From the NCBI GenBank assembly GCA_964188305.1, contig OZ076894.1: 64,000 nucleotides of DNA. One strand, written 5' to 3'. The translations under genes and the position numbers were made by a program. The notes under the pieces were generated by a model that made no database searches, was not told where the DNA came from, and saw only the letters and a list, made by a program, of their open reading frames with translations. This document shows, piece by piece, positions 22,031 to 36,402 of this stretch. How positions within the stretch are numbered: position 1 is the first letter of the stretch; each line of letters opens with the position of its first letter. Source of the DNA: Podarcis bocagei. Lineage: Eukaryota.

Positions 22031-25000
22031 ACCTAGCCTATACTTTCAAAGTAAGATGGAAAATAAATCCAAATAAATAAATATATAAACCACCCAAAGT
22101 GACAACAGTACCTCTTTATGTGCTCCTATCCTGATTTTTCTTACTTGATAGAATCCAGAGTCTTGTTTTGAATCTTAAAAGCTCCATATGTTCAATGCTG
22201 GTAGTAGAAAGTCATGTTTCCTTTTTCTAGAATTTGTTATTCTTAATGGTGCAACTTTTTCCGTTTTTTTAAAAAAAGTATTGTGGATTATGAAATCTTT
22301 TCTGCATTTTAAAAATGAATGCATTACCCATTGGGAATTATAAATCAGCAGCGGGGAATGTGTGTTCCCCCAGATGTGCAAGACTACAACTCTGATCATT
22401 CCTGCCCTTGGGCTTTGCTGGATGGGCTGATGAGAGCTGGAGTGCAACAACATCTGAGGCATATGGTATAAACTGGTTCCCCAACCCTGTTATAAATGGC
22501 TTTATAAAAAGGAGAACAAAGCCACAGCATCCGTCAACCTACATTCATATCCAGAATTTATTTGGCAGGACTTGATTTTTTTGCCCAAAGTTCCACAGAA
22601 CCCGTAGAACTGTTTCCAGAATCCACCCAGGCTCTCTTGCACATGCATAATCTCTTGCAGGATGGTGATATTACGCATGCCCTGTGAGATCTGACTCAAC
22701 ACCAAGGGCTCTCTGGACCGGAAAGGAAGCACCACCAGATTCCAGTAATTCCCCATTCTGATTTCCCTCACTGCCCATCACAGGGTTCTGGTTCTAACTA
22801 ATATCAAATGGTGCCCTACAAGAAGTAAATCATTGCTGCAATTTAATCTGGTCGTGTACGCAGGATTAAATGTTGCAGCCTAACCTGTGCTTTCAGTGTA
22901 GGATGGAAATATCAGTAAATCCAAATAAATAAATATAAGCTCCAAGCCATCAAATCTGACAGCAGCACTTTTGTTGTGTGCTGCTTCCCAGCCACAACCC
23001 CCTTTTTCTACTCACTCCAGTACTCTGGCAGAATTATTCAACTCCTGGATTTATCTTTAGTTTAATGACTTATAAATTCTAATTTCCTTCGCCAAACATT
23101 TTAAGGCTTAAACACTGCAGTGCTCACATTACACGTATTTATTAGGTATTCTCCTCCCCCTTCCTTCCCCTGGGAACGTTACTCTCGGCAACTTCATCCA
23201 CATTTTTGGATTTCTAGCAAACGTCTTCCTTCATGGTGCCTTGTTGGGTCATTAACATTTACATGCCAACGGCTTCCCGCTGAGATTGTGTTAGTCGTCT
23301 TGGCACCCTTTCCCTCCACATCTGCTATTTTTATAAAGCCAGTAATACTTTTGCCAGCAACTAGTCCTGTTTATATATGTAGTCCAGTTCTCATTCGGAG
23401 CTATTGCCTCTCTGATCCAGGACCATCTCATCTACAACTTATGACACACCTCCCAAAACACAAAAGCTGCCCACAAACCACAATTAAAAAGCCTCTTCAG
23501 TAATTAAACATGTTCTCCTGTCAAGGCTAATCAATTCATACGTCATAGTAAAAACTCTGTATACACATTCCAGCCTGGTACTGGAAGGCAGCGAAAAATT
23601 AGTCTGTGGTACAGAACCAACCTTTCAATCTTCATTAAAGTTAAACTACATTTCTTTCATGTTACGGCAGCTTATCTTATTTATTCTTATGCTGTCTGCT
23701 CTAGGTTCAAGGCTTGGTTTCAAGTGGGTGCCCAGCACCGCGGTTTATAGGTATGTTATACATCCAGGAACAATAAAACTGAGGTGAATGAATTAATGAG
23801 AGTAATTTCTGACTGTAGCTATCAGATTTGCACCTGCGGTCACATAGTATCTCTGGTGTTGCAACCTATAGGTCAGTTATTTACGGTACCTAGTAGTCAG
23901 ATGACTCAACACATATCACTTGAGATGCCACCCTAGACCTTGAATAGCATGTTTTTGAGAGGCATGGCATTCAGGCTTCCAGTAACCATCAGGAGCAGTG
24001 TAATAAAGTGAAAAGACGCAGGAGAGGGATAGCAAAGGAGGGACAGAGACAACGAGTCATTTCATGAGTCATTTGAAGAAGCTCAGTGCACCTCAAGTGA
24101 GGAGGGAATACATAACACATTATTTGCCTCCAGAAAGTACCAGCTTCATTCTCTGGCTTCTCCAAGTTTCTCTCCAAAATTCCAAAAGCCACTGCCAGTC
24201 AATGGCTAGGCAGCTTCCTATATTTATATGTCACAAAGCTAGACAACTTCCTATATTTTTATGTCATAAAGCTGCACCCTATAACTCAAAAAGTGGGAAG
24301 TGCCAATTGCAACTCCCTAAAAACGCTCATATCATTACAGTTAGAGCAGTAGTACTAAGTTAGAGTACTAGTACTAAGTAGAGCACAAGTTCCAATTCCA
24401 GAAGAAAGAGTTAAGGAATTTTGTATCAGGTCTTAGCAGATAGAAATATTGAGCAATATATTGAGTATATTTGACATACGCCTGGCTATATTGCTGGGCA
24501 TAGGATTAGGTTTAAAGGAGCATTTTGGATGTATCTATCTCAGTTGACTGTTTTTTCCGTACTTTGTGTAGACAGAGAACCAACTTCCAAGCTGGTTGGC
24601 TGGTTCTTTGCTATTGCTCCTCACAGGAACTTCAATACAAGCTAAGAATCTAAACCATTTGCCTTAGATCATGTAAAAACTCTGTGGGACACAAAAAAAT
24701 GTCTGTGGAACACAAAAATGTAACCAGATCTCCCAAGACCCAGAACAGATCATCATCACAAATTGTTATTTCCCCCCACAGCTTTGTAGAATGTTGACAG
24801 CTGCATTTGCAGTGATCACAACTCGGACCTTCGCATAAAAAGAAGTATTCCCAAAGTGGAGCTTTCATTTGAGATTACACTCAAATTACATACACTTTCT
24901 GAACAGTTTGGAATAAAATTTGATCATTGTAAATGACTCCCATAACCGGTGTCCTATGATTCCCTTAAAAGAAAAGCTATTCTGTTAACAGTTGTGGGTT

Positions 25001-25502
25001 TAGTTCACACTGTGTGAGAATGGAAAAGCATAGGCAACATATATTTGACCTATGTTTTTCTCCAGTTCACCTCAGGGAGCTACAGTTCTCAGAGAGTAAC
25101 AATCAGTCCACCTTTCCAAGGAGTTCTGAGAATTGTAGCTCTCTGAGGTGACCTGGGGTTTCCTAACAACTCTCAGTTCCTTAACAAATTACAGCGCCTA
25201 GGATCCTTATGCCTGTTTAAAGTGGCATAATACTGCTTTCAGTGCTTAGTGCAGACAAGGGTTACCATGTCTGACTCACTGTACATTAAGACCTACAGGG
25301 GAGGGCCTCCTGTGGGTGCCCCAACAATTCAGCTGAGGCAGCTGCTTGCTAGAGAGAGGGTCTTCAAGGAGTGGGGCCCAAATTATTGAATGCTCTTCCC
25401 AGAAAGTTTCACCTGGCATCTACCTTTTATCTTCTCAAGTTTGGGATACGATATTAATCTTTCTGACTGTTTTATGTTACTTCTGTGGTGTTGTACACTT
25501 TC

Positions 25503-25504
<2 letters not shown>

Positions 25505-25590
<86 letters not shown>
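25505..25590. repeat. Compound (GT)n(GA)n microsatellite
   Basis: Seen directly. Confidence 0.98.
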
Positions 25591-25595
<5 letters not shown>

Positions 25596-26613
25596 CTTTC
25601 CTCTAAATTGCCCCGGGGATATAAGGAAAGGCAATATTAAAAAATGACCATAAATAAATAATCCAAACCCATATGTTTCTGATTATTTCAGATTTTTCCA
25701 TCTGTTCCCCTCCCCAGCATACAAATATGTATTATTATGCTTATCCAAGGCCTCCTTGATACACTTATAATAGGTCTATGAAGACAGAATCTTATACAAA
25801 CAGCCATACTTTTGCATGCCTGAATTAGAACTCTCCCAGCCATTTTGTATCTATGTAATTGGTTGGACACTTCTATAATGGTATGACATGCTTGTAAATA
25901 TTAACTGTGGTGGAACACAGAATCTCAGCAAAAATTTACTGGATTTTTGGAGGGAAAGTGAAAGGTCAGCTTGTCTAGGAGAGAAACTTCACACAGACAA
26001 TAGGGTCACCTGAGCACTGCTGGAGTCAAATGGGTGGTAGCAGAGCAAGGAAGATGAAGAGGGTGTGAGTTTTAAGAAAGGGAGAATAGCAAGAGAGAAA
26101 ACAGAGAAGAACCAGAAGCCTGAGAAAAGTGAAGCAGAGGAAGCCTGCTGCTGAGGAAGTGGTGGAGGAAATGCATGTGTGTATTTTGGGTGATGAAAGA
26201 GCAATAAAGGTATAGAAAGGCAGGAACAGGAAGACTAAGTGAGCAATCCTAGCTACCTCCCTCTCAGTCCAAAGGGGAATAGAGACACGGGGTCATTGCT
26301 ATACCTGCGACATGTGGGAAATGGAGGTAGATTGCTGTGCCAGCCTGATGCTGGCGCTGTGATTGGACCTGGATCAAGCCTGTGGCCATCACGTAGCGGC
26401 AACAGGGCTAGCTCAGGATACAATGGATCCCAGGTCAGTTTTCCCCAACCCCACTCAAGAAAGCTTCATCTTCTGGTTGGTGGGATGAAGCAGAGGCTCT
26501 GCACCAGTGGAATAGTGATGCAGCTGCCAGTGGGAGGCTGATGGAGGCCTGTAGGGGTCTACTGGGGGAACACCTCTGCCCAGCACAAAGGGGGTGGAGA
26601 TTGCTTTGTCAGG

Positions 26614-26860
26614 AAGAAGAAGAAGAAGAGTTTGTATTTGACATCCCACTTTATCACTACCCGAAGGAGTCTCAAAGCAGCTAACATTCTCCTTTCCCTT
26701 CCTCCCCCACAGCAAACACTCTGTGAGGTGAGTGGGGCGGAGAGACTTCAGAGAAGTGTGACTAGCCCAAGGTCACCCAGCAGCTGCACGTGGAGGAGCG
26801 GGGAAGCGAACCCAGTTCACCAGATTATGATTACCGCTCTTAACCACTACACCACACTGG
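26614..26860 (-). mobile_element. tRNA-derived SINE (Squam3-like), full length, (TTC)n tail
   Basis: Minus strand begins CCAGTGTGGTGTAGTGGTTAAGAGC (box A), then GGTTCGCTTCCC (box B), and ends in (CTT)n. Confidence 0.85.
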
Positions 26861-29800
26861 CGAGAGGAGAGAGGACACTTAGGCTGCAGTTAAGTGCACA
26901 CTTCCTTGAGAGTAAGCCTCTTTGAATCTAAGTATTCAATTGCACTGTTAATTTCACCTTTTGATTTAAATTACTAGTGAGCACTTCGTATCCGTTAAGC
27001 ACTATATGAAGCAAGCTCTAGTCCAGGGAAGCTTATGTAACAATAAATTTCTTACAATTGAACGTACAAGGATTATTATCTCCCCAGGTTGAAGTATTTC
27101 AGTCAGCAGAAAGAGGGTTTGAATTAAGAAACTGTAAAACCCCATACAGATTTACAGCCAAATGCAAGAGTCAACTGGAGTTAATGGAATTATATAAATC
27201 TAAGTGCTTTCTTTTAAGTGGGGATGTGAATCAGGCTGTTGATTAATTAAGATGAAAGCCATTTTGACTTCTGGCTCTTTCTATGCAAGAAATACAATTT
27301 TTCATTTAACGGCTTTTTAAATGTACATGATAGCTATTGTATGAGAGAGAGAAATAATGCTAGAAAAGTTGTTGGCTTCCTTCATAAGGGCACCTTTGAT
27401 GAGAAGCTCATAGTTTTCCAACTCTGTAAAATATTGGTTTTGAAATAATGTTTATGTGCTAAGATAAAAGGTCTACTGAACTTTTGAGATGAAGAATGAA
27501 AACATTAGTTCGAGGAGCAAAAGGTCGCATTAAATCGCTAAAGGTCGGGTGTCTCTACTGCAGGGGTGGGGAACCTGCGGACTTCTACATGTTGTTGTAT
27601 TACAACTCCCATCTTCCCATGACCTTTGCTTATGCTGGAGTTATGCTGGATGCCTGCAGCAGACATGCTGTCTTGCACCCAAGATTGAGGAGTGCCACCC
27701 GCCATTCACCGTGTGTGTGTGGTGTTAGGCGCCCGGCATGTGCTGCATGTGTGATGTCATGTGTGTGATGTCACTTCATCAGGAGGCCAAGCACAGAGAC
27801 CAGTGTGGCACAGCTTTCTTTCTCATACTCAGGAGGAGCCAGCCACTGAACTGCACCACTCTTGGCTCAGCAATCAACCTCCTCCGATCCCTCAGCATTG
27901 AGGGGGCCTGGCCCCATGCCAGCAGATTTTGAGGGGCTGAAGACACCTCCACCCCTAGGAGTTAGCACACCTCACCCATAGCTCCCCCAGCCCTGCTTTA
28001 GTTACTCAGTTTACTTTGCCAACTGGCACATAATATTCTGTCACTCCTGGAGACAACCAAGCATGCTTAATCATCGCTAGGATGGATTTGTTTTGTACTT
28101 ATGCCTATCTCAAGGTTCACCCAGACATGCTGATACCTCCTTCTTGTTTCTTACTGGCCCTATTTTGCTTTCTAATCTGTTGGCACTCAGAGTTTGCTCT
28201 TAGAGAGAATGGTCATCTTTTCATCTCTCGATGTTCATATTAGTTTTGAGAGGCTAGTTTAAGTTCTTTCCCAACATAGGCCAGTTAAGGTGTCTCTGAA
28301 TAAGGGCCACACCTCTTGTGTCTTGGTTCCTCCTCAATAAAATGTGAGCAACTGATACGCCAAGTATGCCAATTATGTGCATCCACACTATGCAAATTAG
28401 TTATGTCCTTCAAGGTCATCATATGTTTCCAATGCACCCTTTGCAATCTTCCTGGCTGCGGATAAGAAGAAAGGCTGAGCCTCATTTACAGTAAGCCGTA
28501 TTTATATTTTGGCAAGAGAAAAGGGGGCCTTAAATGTTTAAATATAGAGCTACACCATAAAAAAGTATCTTAATACCAATGAGAACAAGGAACACAAAGA
28601 GTTTTTCCTCAAATTATTTCTTCCCAGAACAAAGTCCCTTTGCATTATTTCTAAACCCTCCCAAGGTAGGTAATTGGGGCTGAGAGACTTATCGAGTATG
28701 GTCTCCCAAATGCTTTAAGATCTTTATCTTCTTTTGAAGTTCATTAATGATAAGAGGAAGTCACACAATTACACTTACACAGCATGAACTGGGAGCTTTA
28801 TGGCAGATTAAGAATGAGATCTGCTAACCTGTAGCACTGCCAATTACTGCATTCCAGAAATTATTTTCTAAAAACATTGAATATGGAATGATTGCGTTAC
28901 ACAAATAAGTACCTATTCCTCTTGTTCTCTGCCTTTTTTTTAAAATTGCCTCAATTATTGTTTTTAACTGCAAATTCATTGGAACATCTCCTGGCTCTGG
29001 GGCTGCAATTATTAAACTGATAATAGTTCAAATGGTTTTCTTTGTGGCTGTTCTGAGCCATTATTTCTATTCCAGCTTGACATAAATCCTGGATGGTTTT
29101 CATAAACTAGGCAGTGAAGCATTTCTGACAGGTAAGAAAGGGAAATATATATGTATATGGAGTTTTTAAAAATGTTTTTTAAAGTTTGGCAGTTTTCCCA
29201 ATAAAATTCATCTGACATGCTTCCATGCAGATGTTTAACAGTGTCATCCTATGCATGCGTTCTCAGAAGAGTCACTGAATTCAGTGGGGTTTACTCCCAG
29301 GACAGTGTGCTAAAGGCTTACGTTGATACAGGTTTATATTCAACTCACCTTGAAGAGCTTGACTTCAGCAAAGTCTGTCAACACAGCTAATTCCAAGAGC
29401 CAGCCACCACTCTCAGTTGTTGGGTTATCCCTAGACTTTTGGTCAGCTTTGGGGAACCAGACATCCTAGCCTTGGGTTGCATTCAACTAACATTTGAAAT
29501 TAATGGACCTCAATGAATCATGACCATTAATTTCAATGGGCCCAACTCTTCTTCAGCGACATAAAGTATGAACATTGAGCAACAAAGCATCCATTCTGCC
29601 TTGGGGCATATAAACAACAGTGGCTTAAAATGCAGGGAGGTCATTCCCTGCCACCAACTCCAATTTCAAGTTGTCTTTTTACATCGTTGCAAACACCATT
29701 ACCTGATTTGTTTCCCTGTACCCGCAGTCCCCACAAACTCTTAGTCAGGGAAGCTGCCATCAGCACGGCTTACGTTTTCAGATAAGATGGAAACTGGTTG

Positions 29801-30927
29801 GAGATATCAATCAGCAGTATTTCTCAAGAAGCTACAGGATGCAGCTTGCATTGTGGCTAACATTATTGCTATTCAGCTTCAAACACTAACAGTGGGAGCC
29901 CACTGGAGCCAGAGTAAATGGTAATTTGTACACAGTCTTGGTCTCTTTTCAGTTTCTGAGCAGGAAAGCACATGCACTCAGACGATGCTGGGGGGAAAGA
30001 CTCACAAATTGATAAACACTACAAGCCCATTCAAACATTGTGGGAGGAATCCAGTGACACTCTCTTCTGATAGCTCTGTCAGCGCAAGCCAGCAAAGTGA
30101 AATCATCCCCACTCTTTAAGTCAACAAAAACACAACCTAAGACCAGTAAGACAACCATGTAAAAACACAAAAAAGTGAATAAAGCAGAAATTCAGTCGTT
30201 TAAGACAAGGTCCAATGTTATGGGTCAGGGAAAGCTTGGAATATAGAATGTATTGTTGCATAGTCACCTGCCTGTTAACTGAGGATCAATCAATTGTATT
30301 CAAATACATTTGCATCTCAAGAAAATGAAAGTGTCATTTTTTTAAGCATTCAAAAAGATAAGTGCTCACTTCCTCCATCTTTACTCATTTCTGTCAGATT
30401 TGCTCTGAATCTTTGGCTCATTTGCTTACAGAATACTGAGATAGCAAACATAAATGACCTCAGTAACCACAGTGGCAAAGTTTATTTGGAGAGTTACTGG
30501 TTTGGTGGATGTGGAGAAAGGAGGAGAAGGGAGAAAAGGGTAAATAATTGTTTCTAATGGTTTCTCTGTATTATTTATTTTGGACTTACGGCAGTAGACT
30601 TCAACGGATACTTTATGGGGCTAATAAAATTCCCAACATTCTCAGACATGGGTCGTGGTGTTTATATATTAGGCAGAATACAACGGTGTGTTTATGAGAA
30701 GAATCCAAGCACTTTGCAGTGATTCAAATAATTAAGCACATGTTTTAAAAAGTTTGAATGCTGAGCTACAGGTAGACTTGGAACAATCAGAGCTTCACCT
30801 CTCTAGGGGTCTGTTTACACAAACACATGAGACATTTCAGAAAACTTAAAAATACTTAATACTTAAAATACTTAAAAAACATACTTAAAAAACATTGTTT
30901 AGTCCACTGTTTCCCCTAAACAAAGTA

Positions 30928-31181
30928 CAGTGGTGCCCCGCAAGACGAATGCCTCGCAAGACGAAAAACTCGCTAGACGAAAGGGTTTTCCGTTTTTGCG
31001 TTGCTTCGCTAGACGAATTTCCCTATGGGCTTGCTTCACAAGATGAAAACGTCTTGCGCTTTTTTAAAAAAAGCCGGTTGAAGAGGCGCAGTTGCGACGG
31101 ACCGTGCTTCGCAAGACGAAAAACATCACAAGATGAAAAGACTCGCGAAACGAATTCTTTTCGTCTTGCGAGGCACCACTG
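30928..31181. mobile_element. Tc1/mariner-superfamily (pogo/Tigger-like) MITE
   Basis: TIRs CAGTGGTGCCCCGCAAGACGAA / TTCGTCTTGCGAGGCACCACTG, TA TSD on both sides, repeated GCAAGACGAA motifs, CpG-rich. Confidence 0.9.
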
Positions 31182-32064
31182 TAATAGAAACAGCATCAGC
31201 AGTTATTCCTGTTAAATATCATGGGGTTCTTGTCTAATGATGCATTGAATATATTGAATTGGATCCCACAAAATGCAAGAGGTAATTAGCCACTGGGATC
31301 AAGGCAGGAACTTACATAACTGGCTGTAGTCCTCAAACCATTTATTTGAATGCAACCTTAGAGAAGCTGAGTGGTCAGCAGTGGTAAAGTTCAACCCAAG
31401 CTAGTTAGGGATGAGATTTCTAGCCGAGCCTAACATGCCAATTTTGTATGTGCACTGAAATATATGAATAATACTTCTTGTTTGGCTGTTGCCAACCTGA
31501 CAAGTAAAGATTTATGTTCAAGTCTTTTGTAAGGTGTCTATTTTATCTCTAACCGAGCATGCTTATAATAGTCGACCAATCTCTTGCACAACCTACCAAA
31601 CACAGCCTATCAATAAAACTGATTATAAAGGGTGACAGACAAAGAACTGGCAATTAAAACATGTCTTAGAAATATAACAGCATTTTACAAATTTGTCACC
31701 TGTTCTGGATTATATATCAGGAAACATCAAGAGGGTGTTTAAAGACCAGGTGCTACCGGACTACAACTCTTCTCACCCCTGACTATTGGCTATGCTGACT
31801 GAAGTTGATGGGAGTGGAAATCCAGAAATGCAAGAAGGAGCACCAATTCCGCAACCCTGCTGTTACACAATCGCATAAGAGGTTGGATTATGCATTTCCC
31901 CAGCCCCCTGGTGGTAATCACTATAGGGAAAGAATGCATAGGTTACAATTTCTAACCCCAAATGATGACAAGGGAAACATCTATCTTTAAAAGGAACTCT
32001 AGCAAATCTGTCATCTAAAGGTCTTGCAGATAAACTGTCCAGTGAAATAGCTCTTCCATATTTA

Positions 32065-32409
32065 AAAAGGTAAAGGTACCCCTGCCCATACGGGCCAGTC
32101 TTGACAGACTCTAGGGTTGTGCGCTCATCTCACGCTATAGGCCAGGAGCCAGCGCTGTCCACAGACACTTCCGGGTCACGTGGCCAGCGTAACAAGCTGC
32201 ATCTGGCATCACGGAACCCTGTTTACCTTCCCGCTGGTGAGTGGTCCCTATTTATCTACTTGCACCTGGGGGTGCTTTCAAACTGCTAGGTTGGCAGGGG
32301 CTGGGGCCGAACGACGGGAGCGCACTCCACCGCGGGGATTCGAACCGCCGACCATGCAATCGGCAGGTCCTAGGCACTGAGGTTTTACCCACAGCGCCAC
32401 CCGCGTCCC
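32065..32409 (-). mobile_element. Sauria SINE (distinct subfamily), full length
   Basis: Minus-strand head GGGACGCGGGTGGCGCTGTGGG, box B GGTTCGAATCCC and tail ACCTTTACCTTT. 13-bp TSD TCTTCCATATTTA (32052-32064 and 32410-32422). Confidence 0.92.
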
Positions 32410-32501
32410 TCTTCCATATTTAGGTACGGATAAAAAAATTAAATAAGGTATACAGTTATTGAAGGGAGATCAAGGCAGACTCTGAATGCAAGGGTGCATG
32501 G

Positions 32502-32760
32502 CTAGGGCTGGCCCAAGGCATTTTGCTGCCTAAGGCAAAGGTCAAGATTGCCCATGGCACATATAGACGCTGACTGGACTGGCAGATGAATTTAACTTCT
32601 ACATTGGTGACAGGTCAGTATCCTCCACTGTAACTAAGGACAGCAGGCTAGCTTAGAGGGTGATATGCAGGCTGAATGGCACACACAACTCTGTCTTCCA
32701 TCACGACTGCACTTCTCTTTGTTGCCCACCTCCTGAGATAGCTGCCTCACTTTGCCCAGC
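32502..32760. mobile_element. Degraded hAT-like element; relatives at about 37926, 55962 and 60600
   Basis: Shared end AGGGCTGGCCCAAG.CATTTTGCTGCCT.AGGCAAAGG. Confidence 0.6.
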
Positions 32761-32976
32761 AGTGATGCCCCACAGGCTGACACACATAGCTTCTGCAAAT
32801 CCATATCTTCTTCTCTACTTAAGTGCAAATTTAGCTGGCTCTAAATCCAGTGACAGCAAACAAGGGATGGAAAGAAACCAACAACACATTTTTTTCATTA
32901 ACTCTCTTTTCCAAGAAGACTAAAGCCTGTGCAGTGATGGGTACATTACGGAGAAGGGGTTGCAGAGGGGGCTGTT

Positions 32977-33176
32977 NNNNNNNNNNNNNNNNNNNNNNNN
33001 NNNNNNNNNNNNNNNNNNNNNNNNNNNNNNNNNNNNNNNNNNNNNNNNNNNNNNNNNNNNNNNNNNNNNNNNNNNNNNNNNNNNNNNNNNNNNNNNNNNN
33101 NNNNNNNNNNNNNNNNNNNNNNNNNNNNNNNNNNNNNNNNNNNNNNNNNNNNNNNNNNNNNNNNNNNNNNNNNNNN
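32977..33176. other. Assembly gap (200 N)
   Basis: Run of N. Confidence 1.
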
Positions 33177-33577
33177 CACCTTTAGAAGGCAAAATTACCT
33201 AATTCGCACTTTCCAAAACAAGAAACAAACAAAAACATGGCCATCATTCAAAATGCACACTTTTCTAAATTTTGCAATGCAGTTTTCCAATTGAGTAATG
33301 TGTACTATAATGCAAATATCAGGGTAAAGTAAGAATGAAAATGCATGTATTGGGGAAAATAGCATTTAGCATGTTTTATATTAGGGGAAATTGCAAAATG
33401 TGTATATTAGGCACAGATGCAATAAAAAAAAATGTTAATTCACACAAAATCCTGGTGACTTCTCATGAGGTCTTTAAAAATAAATAAATCACCAACTGAT
33501 GTGAAATGTGAAAAATGGATCTTAAGGACTGAAAAAGGAAAAACTTAAACCCAAAATCATATATTTGCCCATCCCTA
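33177..33577. mobile_element. AT-rich hAT-like element; left end lies in the gap
   Basis: Homologous to 41272-41669 and 49384-49812. Ends in GCCCATCCCTA. Confidence 0.65.
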
Positions 33578-36160
33578 TTTCTGATACTTCTGATTGTCTG
33601 GGATAGAAAATGCATGAATTGTGACGTTCAGTCAATGTTGTTCCATAATCTGTTCATACTTTGCTTCAGTGTTAATAGGAGGCATTTGGAAAGCAAGAAT
33701 TGTATTCTGGCATGTATGCCCAAAGGGATACAATTCATCAAGGGAAATCATTCTGGTGATATTCCCTCCCCCCCAAGTGGGCTGGAAATGATTGTGTGGG
33801 AAGCACAAGGCACAATCCAGGAGGACATTTTCCTATGAAAGCTTTCGCCTTGCACAGCCCTCATGCATTCTGATGGGGCTTACATGGGAAAACCTTCGGG
33901 TTATTCCCCCACACATTTTTGTCCTATGATGTTCCCATGAAGATTCATGGCATTTGGTTCCAAGATAGAATTCCATGGTGAGCTAAGTATGTGTACTTTT
34001 ATTTGAAGTTAGGTTTGTTACCAGAGACAGATTGATCTCCACAATATAGCACTCTAAACCCCAGAGGGTCTGAACTTTAGAAGTAATTTACCACCTCTGC
34101 CTTTGTTTCCTAGAAACAAATATTACAGTTTGATCCGTCCAAGTGGTCTGGAGGAGAACCAAAACATTTGGTTTATCAGGAATGGAGGTTTTTATTTACT
34201 CAAGGTTACATTGTATAGTGCTACATGAGATTCACATTTGTGAATTTGGCTTCGAGTTATGGGTGATTGGAGTTTTAGATAATGAGGGCTGAAGGCATCT
34301 ATCAATCTCCCATCTCTAGGAGGTACTGCTATCTGGAGGCCATCAGAATAGACACTCTTATTTTAGGGTGCACCTACATACTTGTGTTCCACGTTAATGA
34401 ATCAGACGTATCTAATATCTTCCAGTTTCACATTCACAGTCACTAATCTTATACAGTAAAAATCTTATGTTGCATGAGTGCCAACGATCCCAATTCCTTC
34501 TGGATCGTTACCATAATGTTTAGAGCCATTGACTACACAGATTGCCATCATCAAGTTGTGTGTCCTTTGGCACACGTGAGTCCTGTTCCTGCTGACATGA
34601 GGAGGAAGAGGTAAGCCCCCCAGTGTAATCATTAGAATCCAAATGGCCAAAGGATCCTAAACAGTCTACGGATCACATTAAGACTCCCACTTAGCTAGTA
34701 ACCAGTCCCTTCAAACTCAATAGGGTTAACTTCTGAGTAGACATGCATAGCATTGCACTGTAGAATGAACATCTCTCATTAGAGATTGCTATTGGTTATA
34801 TGACAGCCATTTTGGTTCAGTGTAACTCATAAAAACCACATGGATATTTCTTTCTTCCTGACATATCTATTGCCTTCATACTTGAAGGTAGAAACTGTCC
34901 CTGTGAAACCATCTATATACCGTATATTTACTCAAAACTAAGTCCCACTGGCTTCCATGGGATTTATTTCCTGCCTAGGTGGCCTTGGGCTGCAATCCCA
35001 TATTGACTTGCCTGGGAGTAAGCCCCTTTGACCTTGATAAAGTTGACCTGAATTTTCTCATTACATGTGGTGCGAAGGTGACATGGTGTGTCCAGTATTT
35101 TGGTCAAAACCATCCCCAGAGCCAAGTTAATATTAGAACCTAGATTCTCAACATCCAACAGCAACACGTTTATTTAGTTACCATGAAAACAGCCCTGGGA
35201 AATGGAAACCAAGCAACCCTGATTTTATCCACACACAAAAAGGAAAAAAACAGTACACACTAATATTCCTCCTGAATTTCTACCTTGTAAACAAACAAAA
35301 CAAAACTTTATTTGGGGAGAGAGCCGCCTTAAATTTTTAAAATCCAGCTTCCACAAGAAGAGAAGCAAGCAAAGAGAGCAATTCTTCCTCAGAAATTTTT
35401 CTTTAAGTTCTCAAAACCTTGTTAAAAAAGGAGTCTGATAACTCTGTAAGATGCTAATCATATCAACCTTCTCTAGTGCTGCCTTGACCTCACAAGGCCA
35501 TACAGCCAGCTGTTGTAACTATGGTAACTAATCTCATTGATTGCAATCAAAGCAACTGTAATTGGAACCTGCAAGGAATTAGTTTCATTGTGAGTTTAAA
35601 ATGTAGTGCTTTTTTCCAATCGGAAGAAAACAAAAAGAAACTTATCCTATTATTTTGTCAAGACTACGAACACGATAAAATTATGATCCACAGCCAAATA
35701 TGCCACACAATTTACAATAACCAGATCTGCCTGAGAAACAACTCTATGGAAACTCAGTGTTGTAACATACACAACTCTTTACCTTTATGTGGCTTCATGA
35801 ACTAGACGCAGTAGACACAATGTTCCCATTTAATGTTCACTGAGTTCCAACAAGGTCCATTATGTAAGGGCACATGTCATATGAATACCTCCCATGTATG
35901 TTTTTCTTCTTAACCATCCAGTACCTACTAAGGTTTTGTGGATGTTTTAATTGTGTTCTACGGATATTTATACATCCGGGTATAGGGTGGTATATAAATT
36001 CAATAAATAAATAAATAAAAATGTATTTTTAAATATTGTTATCCACTTTGACATACAGTATTTAATGAAAAGTGTGGGTTATAAGTAGTTCAATAAGTAA
36101 ATAAACTCGCAGTAGTTTACCCTTCACATAGCAACAATTCCCAGCCCCTGTAACACACTA

Positions 36161-36402
36161 CAGTGGTACCTCGGGTTACATATGCTTCAGGTTACAGACG
36201 CTTCAGGTTACAGACTTGGCTAACCCAGAAATAGTACCTCAGATTAAGAACTTTACTTCAGGATGAGAACAGAAATTGTGCTCCAGCGGTGCGGCAGCAG
36301 CAGGAGGCCCCATTAGCTAAAGTGGTGCTTCAGGTTAAGAACAGTTTCAGGTTAAGAATGGACCTCCGGAACGAATTAAGTACTTAACCCGAGGTACCAC
36401 TG
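36161..36402. mobile_element. pogo/Tigger-like MITE (242 bp)
   Basis: TIR CAGTGGTACCTCGGGTTA / TAACCCGAGGTACCACTG with TA TSDs. Confidence 0.92.

Noticed and set aside
30935-31170. CRISPR-like interspersed GCAAGACGAA repeats
   Set aside because: They are short, irregularly spaced, in both orientations and bounded by TIRs with TA TSDs, so they are MITE subterminal repeats in a vertebrate genome.
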